Origin: Solirubrobacterales bacterium
GTDB lineage: Bacteria; Actinomycetota; Thermoleophilia; Solirubrobacterales; 70-9
Direction: 5' to 3'
Assembly: GCA_036277915.1 (NCBI GenBank)
Contig: DASUMA010000011.1
Coordinates: forward strand, 7,538-71,537
DNA: 64,000 bases
The translations under genes and the position numbers were made by a program. This document shows, piece after piece, positions 1 to 11,619 of this stretch (position 1 is its first letter; each line of letters begins with the position of its first letter). A model generated the notes under the pieces. The model was not told the DNA's origin and searched no databases. It saw only the letters and a list, made by a program, of their open reading frames with translations.

Positions 1-1377
1 TGGAGCGCGACCAGCGCCGGCTCCGACAACGTCGACACCTTCGCCGAGGTCCTCTGCAAGGACAGCTTCCACTACAGCTATCGCGGCAAGTGTCGGCCGA
101 TGGAAAAGCTGGAGAAGACCGAGAGCTGGGCCCCGAACACGATCGATCCGACCCCGGCCGGATCGCAGACCCTGGTCGCCTACCGGACCGTGCACGGCAT
201 CGTCTACGCCCGCGGCAAGTCGAACGGGCGCAAGGTCGCCTTCGTGCGCCAGCGCAGCACCTACTTCCACGAGGCCGACTCGGTGATCGGGTTCGGGCAG
301 CTGAACGAACCGGGCGTCGTCACCGGCGTCGAGGGCTTCAAGCGGGCGGTCTCCAACATCAACTTCACCTTCAACTGGTCCTACGTCGACTCCAAGCAGA
401 TCGCCTACGCGCTCTCCGGCGCCTACCCGCAGCGAGCTCGCGGCGTCTCCCCGGACTTCCCGGTGCTGGGGACCGGCCAATACGACTGGAAGGGGTTCAA
501 GCCAGCGACCCAGACCGCCGACTACCTGCCCTTCGCGAAGCACCCGCAGGCGGTCGACCCGCCCTACCTGGTCTCCTGGAACAACAAGCAGGCGCCGGAA
601 TGGGCCGCGGCCGACGACAACTACGGCTACGGGCCGCTGCAGCGCCAGCAGATGATCGCCGACCGGGTCCGGGCCGCGACCAAGGGCGAGGGCAGGATGT
701 CGATCGTCGAGCTGATCCAGGCGATGGAGGAACCGGCGACGACGGACCTGCGCGGCTACCGGCTGCTGCCGGCGATCTTCAAGGCGGTCGGCAGGCCGAG
801 CTCGCCGCAGCTGCGCAAGGCGCTGGCGACCCTGCGTGCCTGGCACCGGGCAGGCGCTCACCGCCGCGATCTCAACCGCGACGGCGTCGACGAGGAAACG
901 CCGGCGATCGAGCTGATGGACGCCTGGTGGCCGAAGCTGGTCCGGGCCGAGTTCAGGCCGGTGCTGGGCGGAGCGGCTTTCGACCAGCTGCAGGGCATGC
1001 TGAGGATCGGCGACCACACCGGCGGCTCCCCGGAAGCACCAGATTTCTACGACGGCTGGTGGGGCTACGTCTCCAAGGACCTGCGCACCCTCTTCGGCCC
1101 GAAGCCGAAGGGCGCCTACAGCAGGGTCTACTGCGGCAACGGCTCGAAGCGGAAGTGCCGGGCGGCGCTGCAGCGGAGCCTGGCGGCGGCGCTGAAGGTG
1201 ACGCCGGCGCAGATGTACGGCGGCGGAAACGGCGATTGCGCGGCCAACCCGCAGCCCGCCTGCTTCGACCAGAACCGGCCGCAGGTCACCTCCGGCATCG
1301 AACTCCAGCCGTTCCCGTTCCAGAACCGGCCCACCTTCCAACAGGTGGTGACGCTGGTCCAGCGGCTGCCGCGCTGA
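1..1377 (+). CDS. penicillin acylase/amidase family protein (5'-truncated by window edge)
   Basis: Frame 1 is open from nt 1 (no stop in 1-99) and joins the ORF-track protein starting at 100. High GC3. The translation (FNWSYVDSKQIAYALSGAYP, QPFPFQNRPTFQQVV) resembles the C-terminal half of Ntn-hydrolase penicillin amidases as I recall them. Confidence 0.7.
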   Translation, partial: WSATSAGSDNVDTFAEVLCKDSFHYSYRGKCRPMEKLEKTESWAPNTIDPTPAGSQTLVAYRTVHGIVYARGKSNGRKVAFVRQRSTYFHEADSVIGFGQLNEPGVVTGVEGFKRAVSNINFTFNWSYVDSKQIAYALSGAYPQRARGVSPDFPVLGTGQYDWKGFKPATQTADYLPFAKHPQAVDPPYLVSWNNKQAPEWAAADDNYGYGPLQRQQMIADRVRAATKGEGRMSIVELIQAMEEPATTDLRGYRLLPAIFKAVGRPSSPQLRKALATLRAWHRAGAHRRDLNRDGVDEETPAIELMDAWWPKLVRAEFRPVLGGAAFDQLQGMLRIGDHTGGSPEAPDFYDGWWGYVSKDLRTLFGPKPKGAYSRVYCGNGSKRKCRAALQRSLAAALKVTPAQMYGGGNGDCAANPQPACFDQNRPQVTSGIELQPFPFQNRPTFQQVVTLVQRLPR

Positions 1378-1389
1378 GCGACCCGTAGA

Positions 1390-2067
1390 GTGGCGGGCGT
1401 GCTCGACCAGGAGACCTTCTCGGCGGTTGACGCGTTCATCGGCGGGACCATCGCCGCCGAGGACGAGGGCGCGCGGGCGGCGTGGGACGCCGCCGAGGCG
1501 GCCGGCCTGCCGCAGATCCAGGTCTCGCCGCCGCAGGGCAGGCTGCTGCAGCTGCTGGTCCGGCTGGTCGGGGCGCGCTCAGTGCTCGAGTTCGGCACGC
1601 TCGGCGGCTACAGCTCGATCCTGATGGCCCGGGCCCTCGGCGAGGGCGGGCGCCTGATCACGCTCGAGGCCAACCCCGATTACGCCGAGGTCGCCGGCGC
1701 CAGCATCGAGCGGGCGGGGCTGGGGGAGACGGTGGACCTGCGGGTCGGTCCCGCGCTCGAGACCCTGCCCAGCCTCGAGCAGGAGGGCGCCGGTCCCTTT
1801 GACCTGGTCTTCATCGACGCCGACAAGGCAAACACGCCCAGCTACTTCGCCTGGTCGCTGGAGCGGACCCGCCCCGGCGGCCTGATCGTCGCCGACAACG
1901 TCGTCCGCGACGGCACCCTCGCCGACGCCGCCGATCCGGACCCCGCGACCAAGGCTCAGCGCCAGCTGCACGAAACCCTGGCCTCCGAGCCGAGGGTGGA
2001 GGCGACGACGATCCAGACCGTCGGCTCCAAGGGCTACGATGGCTTCCTGATCGCGTTGGTTCGGTAG
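1390..2067 (+). CDS. class I SAM-dependent O-methyltransferase (family 3, caffeoyl-CoA OMT-like)
   Basis: 225 aa with GTG start. Motifs [11 protein letters not shown] (SAM motif I), VFIDADK and GGLIVADNV. Confidence 0.85.
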   Translation: MAGVLDQETFSAVDAFIGGTIAAEDEGARAAWDAAEAAGLPQIQVSPPQGRLLQLLVRLVGARSVLEFGTLGGYSSILMARALGEGGRLITLEANPDYAEVAGASIERAGLGETVDLRVGPALETLPSLEQEGAGPFDLVFIDADKANTPSYFAWSLERTRPGGLIVADNVVRDGTLADAADPDPATKAQRQLHETLASEPRVEATTIQTVGSKGYDGFLIALVR

Positions 2068-2212
2068 AGCGCTCAGGCACGCCTCGACGGCGAGTCCTCG
2101 AAGCACGTCCCCTGCTATCTTTCTCGGTCGGCCCAGAGGCCGGTGGTGGTGTCCTGCCTACCCGACTCATGGGGTAAGTGGGAGTCCTGTAGTCGATACG
2201 AGATCCGGAGCA

Positions 2213-2326
2213 ATGAAGGTTCGAGCTTCCGTCAAGCCGATGTGCGAGAAGTGCAAGATCATCCGCCGCAATGGCGCGGTCCTCGTGATCTGCCAAAACC
2301 CCCGACACAAGCAGCGTCAGGGGTAG
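2213..2326 (+). CDS. rpmJ: 50S ribosomal protein L36
   Basis: Not in the ORF track (too short). My translation is [37 protein letters not shown], with the CxxC...C...H zinc ribbon. GGAG lies upstream, and the gene sits 3 nt before rpsM. Confidence 0.95.
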   Translation: MKVRASVKPMCEKCKIIRRNGAVLVICQNPRHKQRQG

Positions 2327-2329
2327 ACG

Positions 2330-2701
2330 ATGGCGCGAATCGCAGGGGTCAACATCCCGGTCAACAAACGGATCGAGATCGGGCTCACCTACATCTTCGG
2401 CATCGGCCACTCGACTGCGGCCGCCATCCTCAAGGAGACCGGGGTCGACCCCGGGACCCAGGCCAAGGACCTGACCGAGGACGAGGTGATCAAGCTGCGC
2501 GAGGCGGTCGAGAACCGCGAGGTCGAGGGCGACCTGCGGCGCGAGCGCTCCCAGAACGTGAAACGGCTGATGGAGATCGGCTCCTACCGCGGCCTGCGTC
2601 ACCGCCGCGGCCTGCCGGTCCGCGGTCAGCGGACGAAGACCAACGCGCGCGGCCGCAAGGGCCCGCGGCGCCTGAGCATCGCCGGCAAGCGCAAGGTTTA
2701 G
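2330..2701 (+). CDS. rpsM: 30S ribosomal protein S13
   Basis: 123 aa beginning [10 protein letters not shown], with [26 protein letters not shown]. Canonical S13. Confidence 0.98.
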   Translation: MARIAGVNIPVNKRIEIGLTYIFGIGHSTAAAILKETGVDPGTQAKDLTEDEVIKLREAVENREVEGDLRRERSQNVKRLMEIGSYRGLRHRRGLPVRGQRTKTNARGRKGPRRLSIAGKRKV

Positions 2702-2710
2702 GGAAAAGGA

Positions 2711-3109
2711 ATGGCTGAGAAAAAACCCTCCAAGGGCCGCGCCCGTCGACGCGTCAAAAAGAACGTCACCTACGGGCAGGCGCATATCAAGACTTCTTTC
2801 AACAACACGATCGTCACCCTGACCGACACCGACGGCAACGTGATCGCCTGGGAGTCGGCCGGCTCGGCCGGGTTCAAAGGCTCGCGCAAGTCGACCCCGT
2901 TTGCCGCCCAGGTGACCGCCGACGCGGCTGCCAAGAAGGGGATGGAACACGGCTTGGAGCGGGTCGAGGTCTTCGCCAAGGGCGCCGGCTCGGGCCGCGA
3001 GACGGCAATTCGCTCGCTGCAGGCGGCCGGCCTCGACGTGACCACGGTCAAGGACGTCTCCCCGCAGGCCCACAACGGCTGCCGGCCGAAGAAGCGGAGG
3101 CGCGTCTAG
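2711..3109 (+). CDS. rpsK: 30S ribosomal protein S11
   Basis: 132 aa containing [16 protein letters not shown] and [14 protein letters not shown]. Canonical S11. Confidence 0.98.
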   Translation: MAEKKPSKGRARRRVKKNVTYGQAHIKTSFNNTIVTLTDTDGNVIAWESAGSAGFKGSRKSTPFAAQVTADAAAKKGMEHGLERVEVFAKGAGSGRETAIRSLQAAGLDVTTVKDVSPQAHNGCRPKKRRRV

Positions 3110-3730
3110 ATGGCCCGCGATACCTCCCCGCAGTGCAAGCAGTGCCGGCGCGAGGGCCAGAAGCTCTTCCTCAAGGGTGAGCGCTGCTTCACCGACAAGT
3201 GCGGCGTCGAGCGCCGCTCCTACCCGCCCGGCGAGCACGGCCGCGGCCGTCTGCGCCAGTCCGAGTACCGGGTGCAGCTGCGCGAGAAGCAGAAGACCCG
3301 CCGCTACTACCAGGTGCTGGAGAAACAGTTCCGCGCCTACTACGACAAGGCTTCGCGCCAGGACGGCGTCACCGGTGAGAACCTGCTGCGGCTGCTCGAG
3401 TCGCGCTTCGACAACGTGCTGGTCCGGCTCGGCTTCGCCGCCTCGCGGCGGCAGGCCCGCCAGCTGGTCAGCCACGGCCACTGGATGATCAACGGCCGCC
3501 GTGTCGACATCCCGTCCTACCAGGTGCGTCCCGAGGACATCATCTCGATCAAGCCCGGCTCGTCTGCCACCGAGACGATCCAGCGGGCGACGGAACTGGT
3601 CTCAACGGTTCCCGCCTGGCTGCAGGCAGATCACGATGCCCTCACCGCCAAGGTCCTGCGCTATCCCGAGCGCTCCGAGATCTCGGCGCCGGTTCAGGAG
3701 CAGCTGATCGTCGAGCTGTACTCCAAGTAG
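3110..3730 (+). CDS. rpsD: 30S ribosomal protein S4
   Basis: 206 aa with a [18 protein letters not shown] zinc-finger-like N-terminus and an S4 RNA-binding domain. The ATG directly follows the rpsK stop. Confidence 0.98.
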   Translation: MARDTSPQCKQCRREGQKLFLKGERCFTDKCGVERRSYPPGEHGRGRLRQSEYRVQLREKQKTRRYYQVLEKQFRAYYDKASRQDGVTGENLLRLLESRFDNVLVRLGFAASRRQARQLVSHGHWMINGRRVDIPSYQVRPEDIISIKPGSSATETIQRATELVSTVPAWLQADHDALTAKVLRYPERSEISAPVQEQLIVELYSK

Positions 3731-3772
3731 CCCGGAAACCGCAATTTCTGAACACGCATACGCAAGGAACTC

Positions 3773-4750
3773 ATGACCACTGATTTCCAGGTCCCCCGAA
3801 TCATCTCCGAGAAAGCTGACGAACGCCGCGGCACCTTCACCATCGAGCCGCTCGACAAGGGCTTCGGCTACACGTTCGGCAACAGCCTCCGCCGCGTGCT
3901 GCTCTCCTCGCTGGGCGGCGCCGCGATCACTAGCGTCCGGATCGAGGGCGTAGCGCACGAGTTCTCGACCGTTCCCGGCGTCAAAGAGGACGTCACCGAC
4001 ATCATTCTCAACCTCAAGGACCTCGTCGTCCGCATGCACACCGACGCTGACGAGGTCGAGGCCCCGCTGGTAGCGACCGGCCCCGGTGAGGTCAAGGCGA
4101 AGGACATCGATCTGCCCTCGGGTGTCGAGATCCTCAACCCCGACGCACCGATCGCGACCCTGGAGAAGAAAACCAAGCTCGAGGTCTACCTGACGATCGG
4201 CCGCGGCCGCGGCTACTCGCCGGCGGAAGAGAACAAGAGCGACGAGCAGCCGATCGGCGTGATCCCGATCGACTCGATCTTCTCGCCGATCCGCCGCGCC
4301 TCTTACGCCGTCTCCGCCGCTCGCGTCGGTCAGCGCACCGACTTCGACAAGCTCGAGCTCGACCTCGAGACCGACGGCTCGATTGAGCCCGGGGCGGCGC
4401 TGCGCGAGGCCTCCGAGATCCTGATCAAGAGCCTGGCGATCTTCACCGACGCCGACCGCGTCGAGGAGCTGACCGCGCGCCAGCCGGTCGCGATCCCGGC
4501 CGAGGCGCTCGCCTCTGCCGCGGCCGATGGCGCCGCCAGCAGCAACGGCCTCGACGAGATCCTGATCGAGGAGCTCGAACTAGGCGTCCGCTCCTACAAC
4601 TGCCTCAAGCGCGCCGGCGTGCAGACCGTCGGCGACCTGGTGCGGAAGTCACGCGCGGAACTGAACGCGATCCCGAACTTCGGTCAGAAGTCGATCGAGG
4701 AAGTGATCGAGACCCTGCACGCCCGCGGCCTCGACCTCCAGCAGGACTAG
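3773..4750 (+). CDS. rpoA: DNA-directed RNA polymerase subunit alpha
   Basis: 325 aa containing GFGYTFGNSLRRVLLSS and the C-terminal-domain segment LELGVRSYNCLKRAGVQTVGDL. Confidence 0.98.
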   Translation: MTTDFQVPRIISEKADERRGTFTIEPLDKGFGYTFGNSLRRVLLSSLGGAAITSVRIEGVAHEFSTVPGVKEDVTDIILNLKDLVVRMHTDADEVEAPLVATGPGEVKAKDIDLPSGVEILNPDAPIATLEKKTKLEVYLTIGRGRGYSPAEENKSDEQPIGVIPIDSIFSPIRRASYAVSAARVGQRTDFDKLELDLETDGSIEPGAALREASEILIKSLAIFTDADRVEELTARQPVAIPAEALASAAADGAASSNGLDEILIEELELGVRSYNCLKRAGVQTVGDLVRKSRAELNAIPNFGQKSIEEVIETLHARGLDLQQD

Positions 4751-4781
4751 AGGCGACGGGAAGAGCTGAGCGGAGAAGACT

Positions 4782-5135
4782 GTGCGCCATCGCAAGAAGC
4801 GAAACAAGCTCAGCCGCGACGCCGCCCATCGTGAGGCGCTGCTCTCGAACCTCTCGAAGCAGCTGATCGAGCACGAGCGGATCAAGACCAGCCAGGCCAA
4901 GGCCAAGGCGGTCAAGCCCGAGGTCGAGCAGCTGATCACGCTGGCCAAACGCGGCGACCTGCACGCCCGCAGGCAGGCCCTCTCGGCCCTGCACAACGAC
5001 AAGTTCATCGTCCACAAGCTGTTCGACGAGGTGGCACCGCGCTATGCGACGCGCCCCGGCGGGTACACCCGCATCGTCAAGCTAGGCCCTCGGCGGAGCG
5101 ACTCCACCGAGATGGTCTACCTCGAGCTGGTCTAG
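4782..5135 (+). CDS. rplQ: 50S ribosomal protein L17
   Basis: 117 aa with GTG start, beginning MRHRKKRNKLSRDAAHREALLSNL and containing GGYTRIVKLGPRRSD. Confidence 0.97.
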   Translation: MRHRKKRNKLSRDAAHREALLSNLSKQLIEHERIKTSQAKAKAVKPEVEQLITLAKRGDLHARRQALSALHNDKFIVHKLFDEVAPRYATRPGGYTRIVKLGPRRSDSTEMVYLELV

Positions 5136-5869
5136 GCCTCGTACCCCACGGACTCCAGGTAGAGGCCGTGGGGTGGAGCCGTGTCGCCCCCTGCTGAGCG
5201 GGGTGCGCCCTCCAGCAGCGCCGTGAAGCTCTCCACCGTGCGCCGCGAGGATGCGACTTCGAGCATCGTGCCGACCAGGGCGCGGACCATGTTGCGCATG
5301 AAGGCGTCGGCGGTGATGCGGAAGGCGAGGACGTCGCCGTCGTCCTCCCAGGAGGCGGCGAGGACGTCGCGCTCGAAGCGCACGTGGTCGGTCTGGGTCG
5401 GCGTGAAGGCGGTGAAGTCGTGGGTGCCGACGAGGGCGGCGGCGCAGGCGTCGAGGCCGTCGCGGTCGACCCGGTGCGGCCACCAGAGTGCGCGGTCGTG
5501 CTCGAACGGCGCCGGTGCCCGCCGGGCCAGCAGCCGGTAGCGGTAGCTGCGCGAGCGGGCGTCGCGGCGCGCGTCGAAGCCGTCGGCGACGACGGCCGCC
5601 GCGGTCACTGCGACGTCGCCGTGCCCGACCCCGTTGAGGTGGCGGGCGAGGTCCCCGGGCGGCTCGACCGTGGTCTCGAAGCTGGCGACCTGACCCAGAG
5701 CGTGGACGCCGGTGTCGGTGCGCCCGGCGACGGTGAGCGCGATCGGCTCGCGCAGCACGGTCGCCAGCGCCGCCTCCAGCTCGCCCTGGACCGTGCGCTG
5801 GCCAGGCTGGCGCGCCCAGCCATGGAAGCCGGAGCCGTCGTATTCGATGTCGAGCCGCACGGTTGGCAT
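5132..5869 (-). CDS. truA: tRNA pseudouridine(38-40) synthase TruA
   Basis: The ORF is open to 6049, but the conserved N-terminus MPTVRLDIEYDGSGFHGWARQPG starts at the ATG at 5869. Contains TVAGRTDTGVHALGQV with the catalytic Asp. Its stop shares a CTAG with the rplQ stop. Confidence 0.92.
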   Translation of the reverse strand: MPTVRLDIEYDGSGFHGWARQPGQRTVQGELEAALATVLREPIALTVAGRTDTGVHALGQVASFETTVEPPGDLARHLNGVGHGDVAVTAAAVVADGFDARRDARSRSYRYRLLARRAPAPFEHDRALWWPHRVDRDGLDACAAALVGTHDFTAFTPTQTDHVRFERDVLAASWEDDGDVLAFRITADAFMRNMVRALVGTMLEVASSRRTVESFTALLEGAPRSAGGDTAPPHGLYLESVGYEA

Positions 5870-5903
5870 CGGGGCAGTATCTCCGACACCTAGAATCGTG
5901 CCC

Positions 5904-8743
<2,840 letters not shown>

Positions 8744-8850
8744 AGTCAGAACAGCGGCCGGAGCCCCCGAAGCTCAGCAGCTCACGAGAGCCGGTCGCCG
8801 CAAGCTTCCGAAAGTCCGCCGCCGTGGCGACCTTCTGAGCACGTTTGGGG

Positions 8851-8959
8851 GGAGGGGGTTCGGTACCCCTCTCCCAGAGGCTCAAGGAACCACCATTGAG
8901 CCCTGAGAGCGCGATCAGCTGCGCGACGGCCTCTGGGTGAGGGGTACCGAACCCCCTCC
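8851..8959. repeat. composite inverted-repeat element (about 30-bp arms with 1 mismatch, 49-nt structured spacer)
   Basis: Arm GGAGGGGGTTCGGTACCCCTCTCCCAGAGG (8851-8880) is the reverse complement of 8930-8959 except for one position. Each arm can also self-fold (GGGGT/ACCCC). The spacer contains CTCAA-N10-TTGAG. It lies between the convergent ligA and PBP4 genes. Confidence 0.85.
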
Positions 8960-8970
8960 ACGCATTCCTC

Positions 8971-10227
8971 TCAGTAGGACGCCACGGCGGCGGCGATTCG
9001 GTCCTGGCTGAGGTGGGCGAGGCCGAGGTTGGTGACGCTGCCCATCAGGATCGAGAAGGCCATGATCTTGCCGCTGGTGTTGAAGCAGTATCCGGAGAGG
9101 TTGCTGACGCCGCTGATCGTGCCGGTCTTGGTGCGGCAGCGGCCGTAGGCGGCGGTCCCGTGCATGCGGTCGTCGACGGTGCCCTCCTGGCCGGCGAGGG
9201 CGAGGTCCTGGATGAACTCCTCGCCGGATTCCTGCTGGCGCATCCCCAGCAGCAGGTCGATCACCTCGCGCGGTGAGGCGCGGTTGGAGCGGGTCAGGCC
9301 GGAGCCGTCGGCGACGTGGACGGTCGAGCCCAGGGAGCGGGCGAACTGGGAGACGACAGCCGCTCCGGCCGCGGTGCTTCCGCCGGTTCCGAGCCGGGCG
9401 CCGAGCAGCTTGATCAGCATCTCGGCGAAGAAGTTGTCCGAGTAGACGTCGGTGACGTCGACGATCTTGGTCAGGGCGGGGGAGAGGATCGTGCCGATCC
9501 GCTGGGCCGAGGCCGGCGTCCGCGCCAGCGCCACCTGGGTCGGGACGTCGATCCCGGCACCGCTCAGCGAGCGCGCCAGCTTCGAGGCGGCGAGCTTGGC
9601 CGGGTCGGAGGAGAAGCCGGTGGCGGAGCTGGCGCCGCTGAAGCCGGAGTTGAAGGCGAGCCCGGAGAGCGGGCCGATGTAGGGGCTGGTCGCGAAGCCG
9701 GAGTCGAGCACGCCGCGCCGGCGGTCGAAGATCGTGTCGTCGGCGTAGAGGCGCCCGGTGATCCCCTCGATCCCGGCGGCGCGAACCTGGGCCTTGAGCG
9801 CGAAGATGTTGGTCCCGAGGCCGGCCAGGTAGCCGTTGTAGAAGGTCGGGGTGCCGAGCGCCGGGTCGCCGCCGCCCTGCAGGTAGAGGCTGCCTTGGAG
9901 GACGCCGTCCTCGTCGACCTGGCCGTCGGCGAAGAGCTTGGTTGGGATCCGCGTTTCCGGCCCCAGGCGAGCCAGCGCCGCCGCGGTCGTGAACAGCTTC
10001 ATGTTTGAGGCCAGCGGGCGCTGGCGCTTCGCGGCCGCGGCGCAGACGACGGCGCCGCTTTCGGCGTCGACAACAAGCAGGCCGCTGGCGCTGCCGCCGC
10101 CTTCGCCGAGCCAGGTCCGCATGCGGTCGCAGGTCGGGCTCGCCTGGGCGCTCGCCGCCAGCAGCAGCGCGGCGGCGCAGAGGGCCGCCAGCAGGGTCGC
10201 TGCGCGTCTCATCGTCGGTACCAACAC
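8971..10227 (-). CDS. dacB: D-alanyl-D-alanine carboxypeptidase/endopeptidase (PBP4, peptidase S13)
   Basis: 418 aa with a signal peptide. SxxK (ASNMK), SxN (YSDNFF) and KTG (TKTGTISGVSNLSGY) motifs. Confidence 0.9.
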   Translation of the reverse strand: MLVPTMRRAATLLAALCAAALLLAASAQASPTCDRMRTWLGEGGGSASGLLVVDAESGAVVCAAAAKRQRPLASNMKLFTTAAALARLGPETRIPTKLFADGQVDEDGVLQGSLYLQGGGDPALGTPTFYNGYLAGLGTNIFALKAQVRAAGIEGITGRLYADDTIFDRRRGVLDSGFATSPYIGPLSGLAFNSGFSGASSATGFSSDPAKLAASKLARSLSGAGIDVPTQVALARTPASAQRIGTILSPALTKIVDVTDVYSDNFFAEMLIKLLGARLGTGGSTAAGAAVVSQFARSLGSTVHVADGSGLTRSNRASPREVIDLLLGMRQQESGEEFIQDLALAGQEGTVDDRMHGTAAYGRCRTKTGTISGVSNLSGYCFNTSGKIMAFSILMGSVTNLGLAHLSQDRIAAAVASY

Positions 10228-10286
10228 GGGCGAGGCGCAAGGTAGCGGCCCCGGCGGCCGGTGCGCCTGGGATAATCCCGTTTGGC

Positions 10287-11537
10287 ATGGGCAAAGTCGT
10301 CGCCATGGAGCCGAAACCTCGGCGTAAAGCGCGGGGTCGCAAAAAGCCGTCGAAGACGGCTCTGGTGCTTGGCGGCGGTGGCTTCACCGGCGGCGTCTAC
10401 GAGATCGGCGCCCTGCGCGCGCTCGACCTGCTGGCGGTAAACAGCACCGTCAACAACTTCGACGTCTACGTCGGCACCAGCGCCGGCTCCTTCGTCGCCT
10501 CGATGCTCGCCAACGGCATCACGCCCGACGAAATGATGCAGGTGCTGAACTCCAGCGACCCCTCCGAGCTCGAAGACCTCGACCTCAACCGGGTGCTGAA
10601 GCCAAACTATCTCGGCTTCGTCCAGAAGGCGGTGGCGCTGCCGCTGAGGACGCTGGAGCTGGTGCGGGCGCTGGCCAGGGTGGGGGAGCTCTCGGCGATG
10701 GACATCGGCGTCGGCCTAGCCGAGGCGCTGCCGACCGGTCTTTACTCCGGCGCCGGCCTCAACGACTACGTCGCCGGCGTGCTCAGCGACGAGGGCCGCG
10801 TCAACGACTTCCGCTTGCTCGACACCGAGCTCTACCTGACCGCGACCGACCTCGATACCTGCGAGCGGATCGTCTTCGGCGAGGAGGACTGGAACGACGT
10901 CCCGATCTCCAAGGCGGTGCAGTGCTCGACCGCGCTGCCGATCGTCTACAAGCCGGTCGAGCTGAAAGGCCGGGAGATGGTCGACGGCGGCATCCGCTCG
11001 ACCACCAACGTAGACATCGCGGTCGAAAAGGGCGCCAAGTTCATCATCGTCGTCAACCCGCTGGTTCCCTTCGTCAACGACTTCGAGAAGACGATCCCGA
11101 CCGTCTTCGGCAACCGCGTCCGCCGCGTCTCCGACATGGGGATGCCGGCGATCGCGAACCAGACCTTCCGCCTGATCGCGCACCAGCGCCTGCACCAGGC
11201 GGTCGAGCACTGGAAAGAACGCTACCCGGGCGTCGACATCATCCTGGTCGAGCCCGACCCCAACGACGAGCTCATGTTCGGGACTCCGATCATGGACTAC
11301 TCGCGGCGCCTGCAGATCGCCCGCCACGGCTTCGAATCGGTCACTGCGACCCTGGCCCGTGATTACGAGCGCTACAGCGAGGTCGCCCAGCGCCACGGCC
11401 TCGAGATCTCCGAGCGCCGCGTCCGCCGCGTCGTCGAACGCGCCGCCGAAGTTGAGCCCGAGCAGTCCTCGGCCTGGCGCCGCGTGCTCGAGCAGACCAC
11501 GTCGGTCCTGCTGCGGCAGTCCGGCGAGGCCTCCTGA
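10287..11537 (+). CDS. patatin-like phospholipase family protein
   Basis: The native-looking sequence begins at the ATG at 10287 (MGKVVAMEPKP). Oxyanion GGGGFTGG, nucleophile GTSAG and catalytic DGG (VDGGIRS). The upstream part of the 510-aa ORF is Arg-rich junk overlapping dacB. Confidence 0.88.
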   Translation: MGKVVAMEPKPRRKARGRKKPSKTALVLGGGGFTGGVYEIGALRALDLLAVNSTVNNFDVYVGTSAGSFVASMLANGITPDEMMQVLNSSDPSELEDLDLNRVLKPNYLGFVQKAVALPLRTLELVRALARVGELSAMDIGVGLAEALPTGLYSGAGLNDYVAGVLSDEGRVNDFRLLDTELYLTATDLDTCERIVFGEEDWNDVPISKAVQCSTALPIVYKPVELKGREMVDGGIRSTTNVDIAVEKGAKFIIVVNPLVPFVNDFEKTIPTVFGNRVRRVSDMGMPAIANQTFRLIAHQRLHQAVEHWKERYPGVDIILVEPDPNDELMFGTPIMDYSRRLQIARHGFESVTATLARDYERYSEVAQRHGLEISERRVRRVVERAAEVEPEQSSAWRRVLEQTTSVLLRQSGEAS

Positions 11538-11619
11538 GCAGCTTGCGCTGACGCCCGTCGCCATTTAGGTTCCTTCGAGTACCGAAAGGAAACCCGAGTA
11601 AAGGCAAGGGGGCGGCGAG

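Noticed and set aside
10287-11537. The patatin-like phospholipase as a CBASS CapV-type effector.
   Set aside because: No CD-NTase/cyclase, E1/E2/JAB or other CBASS component is adjacent. The composition is native, and the protein carries a long C-terminal extension typical of housekeeping actinobacterial patatins.
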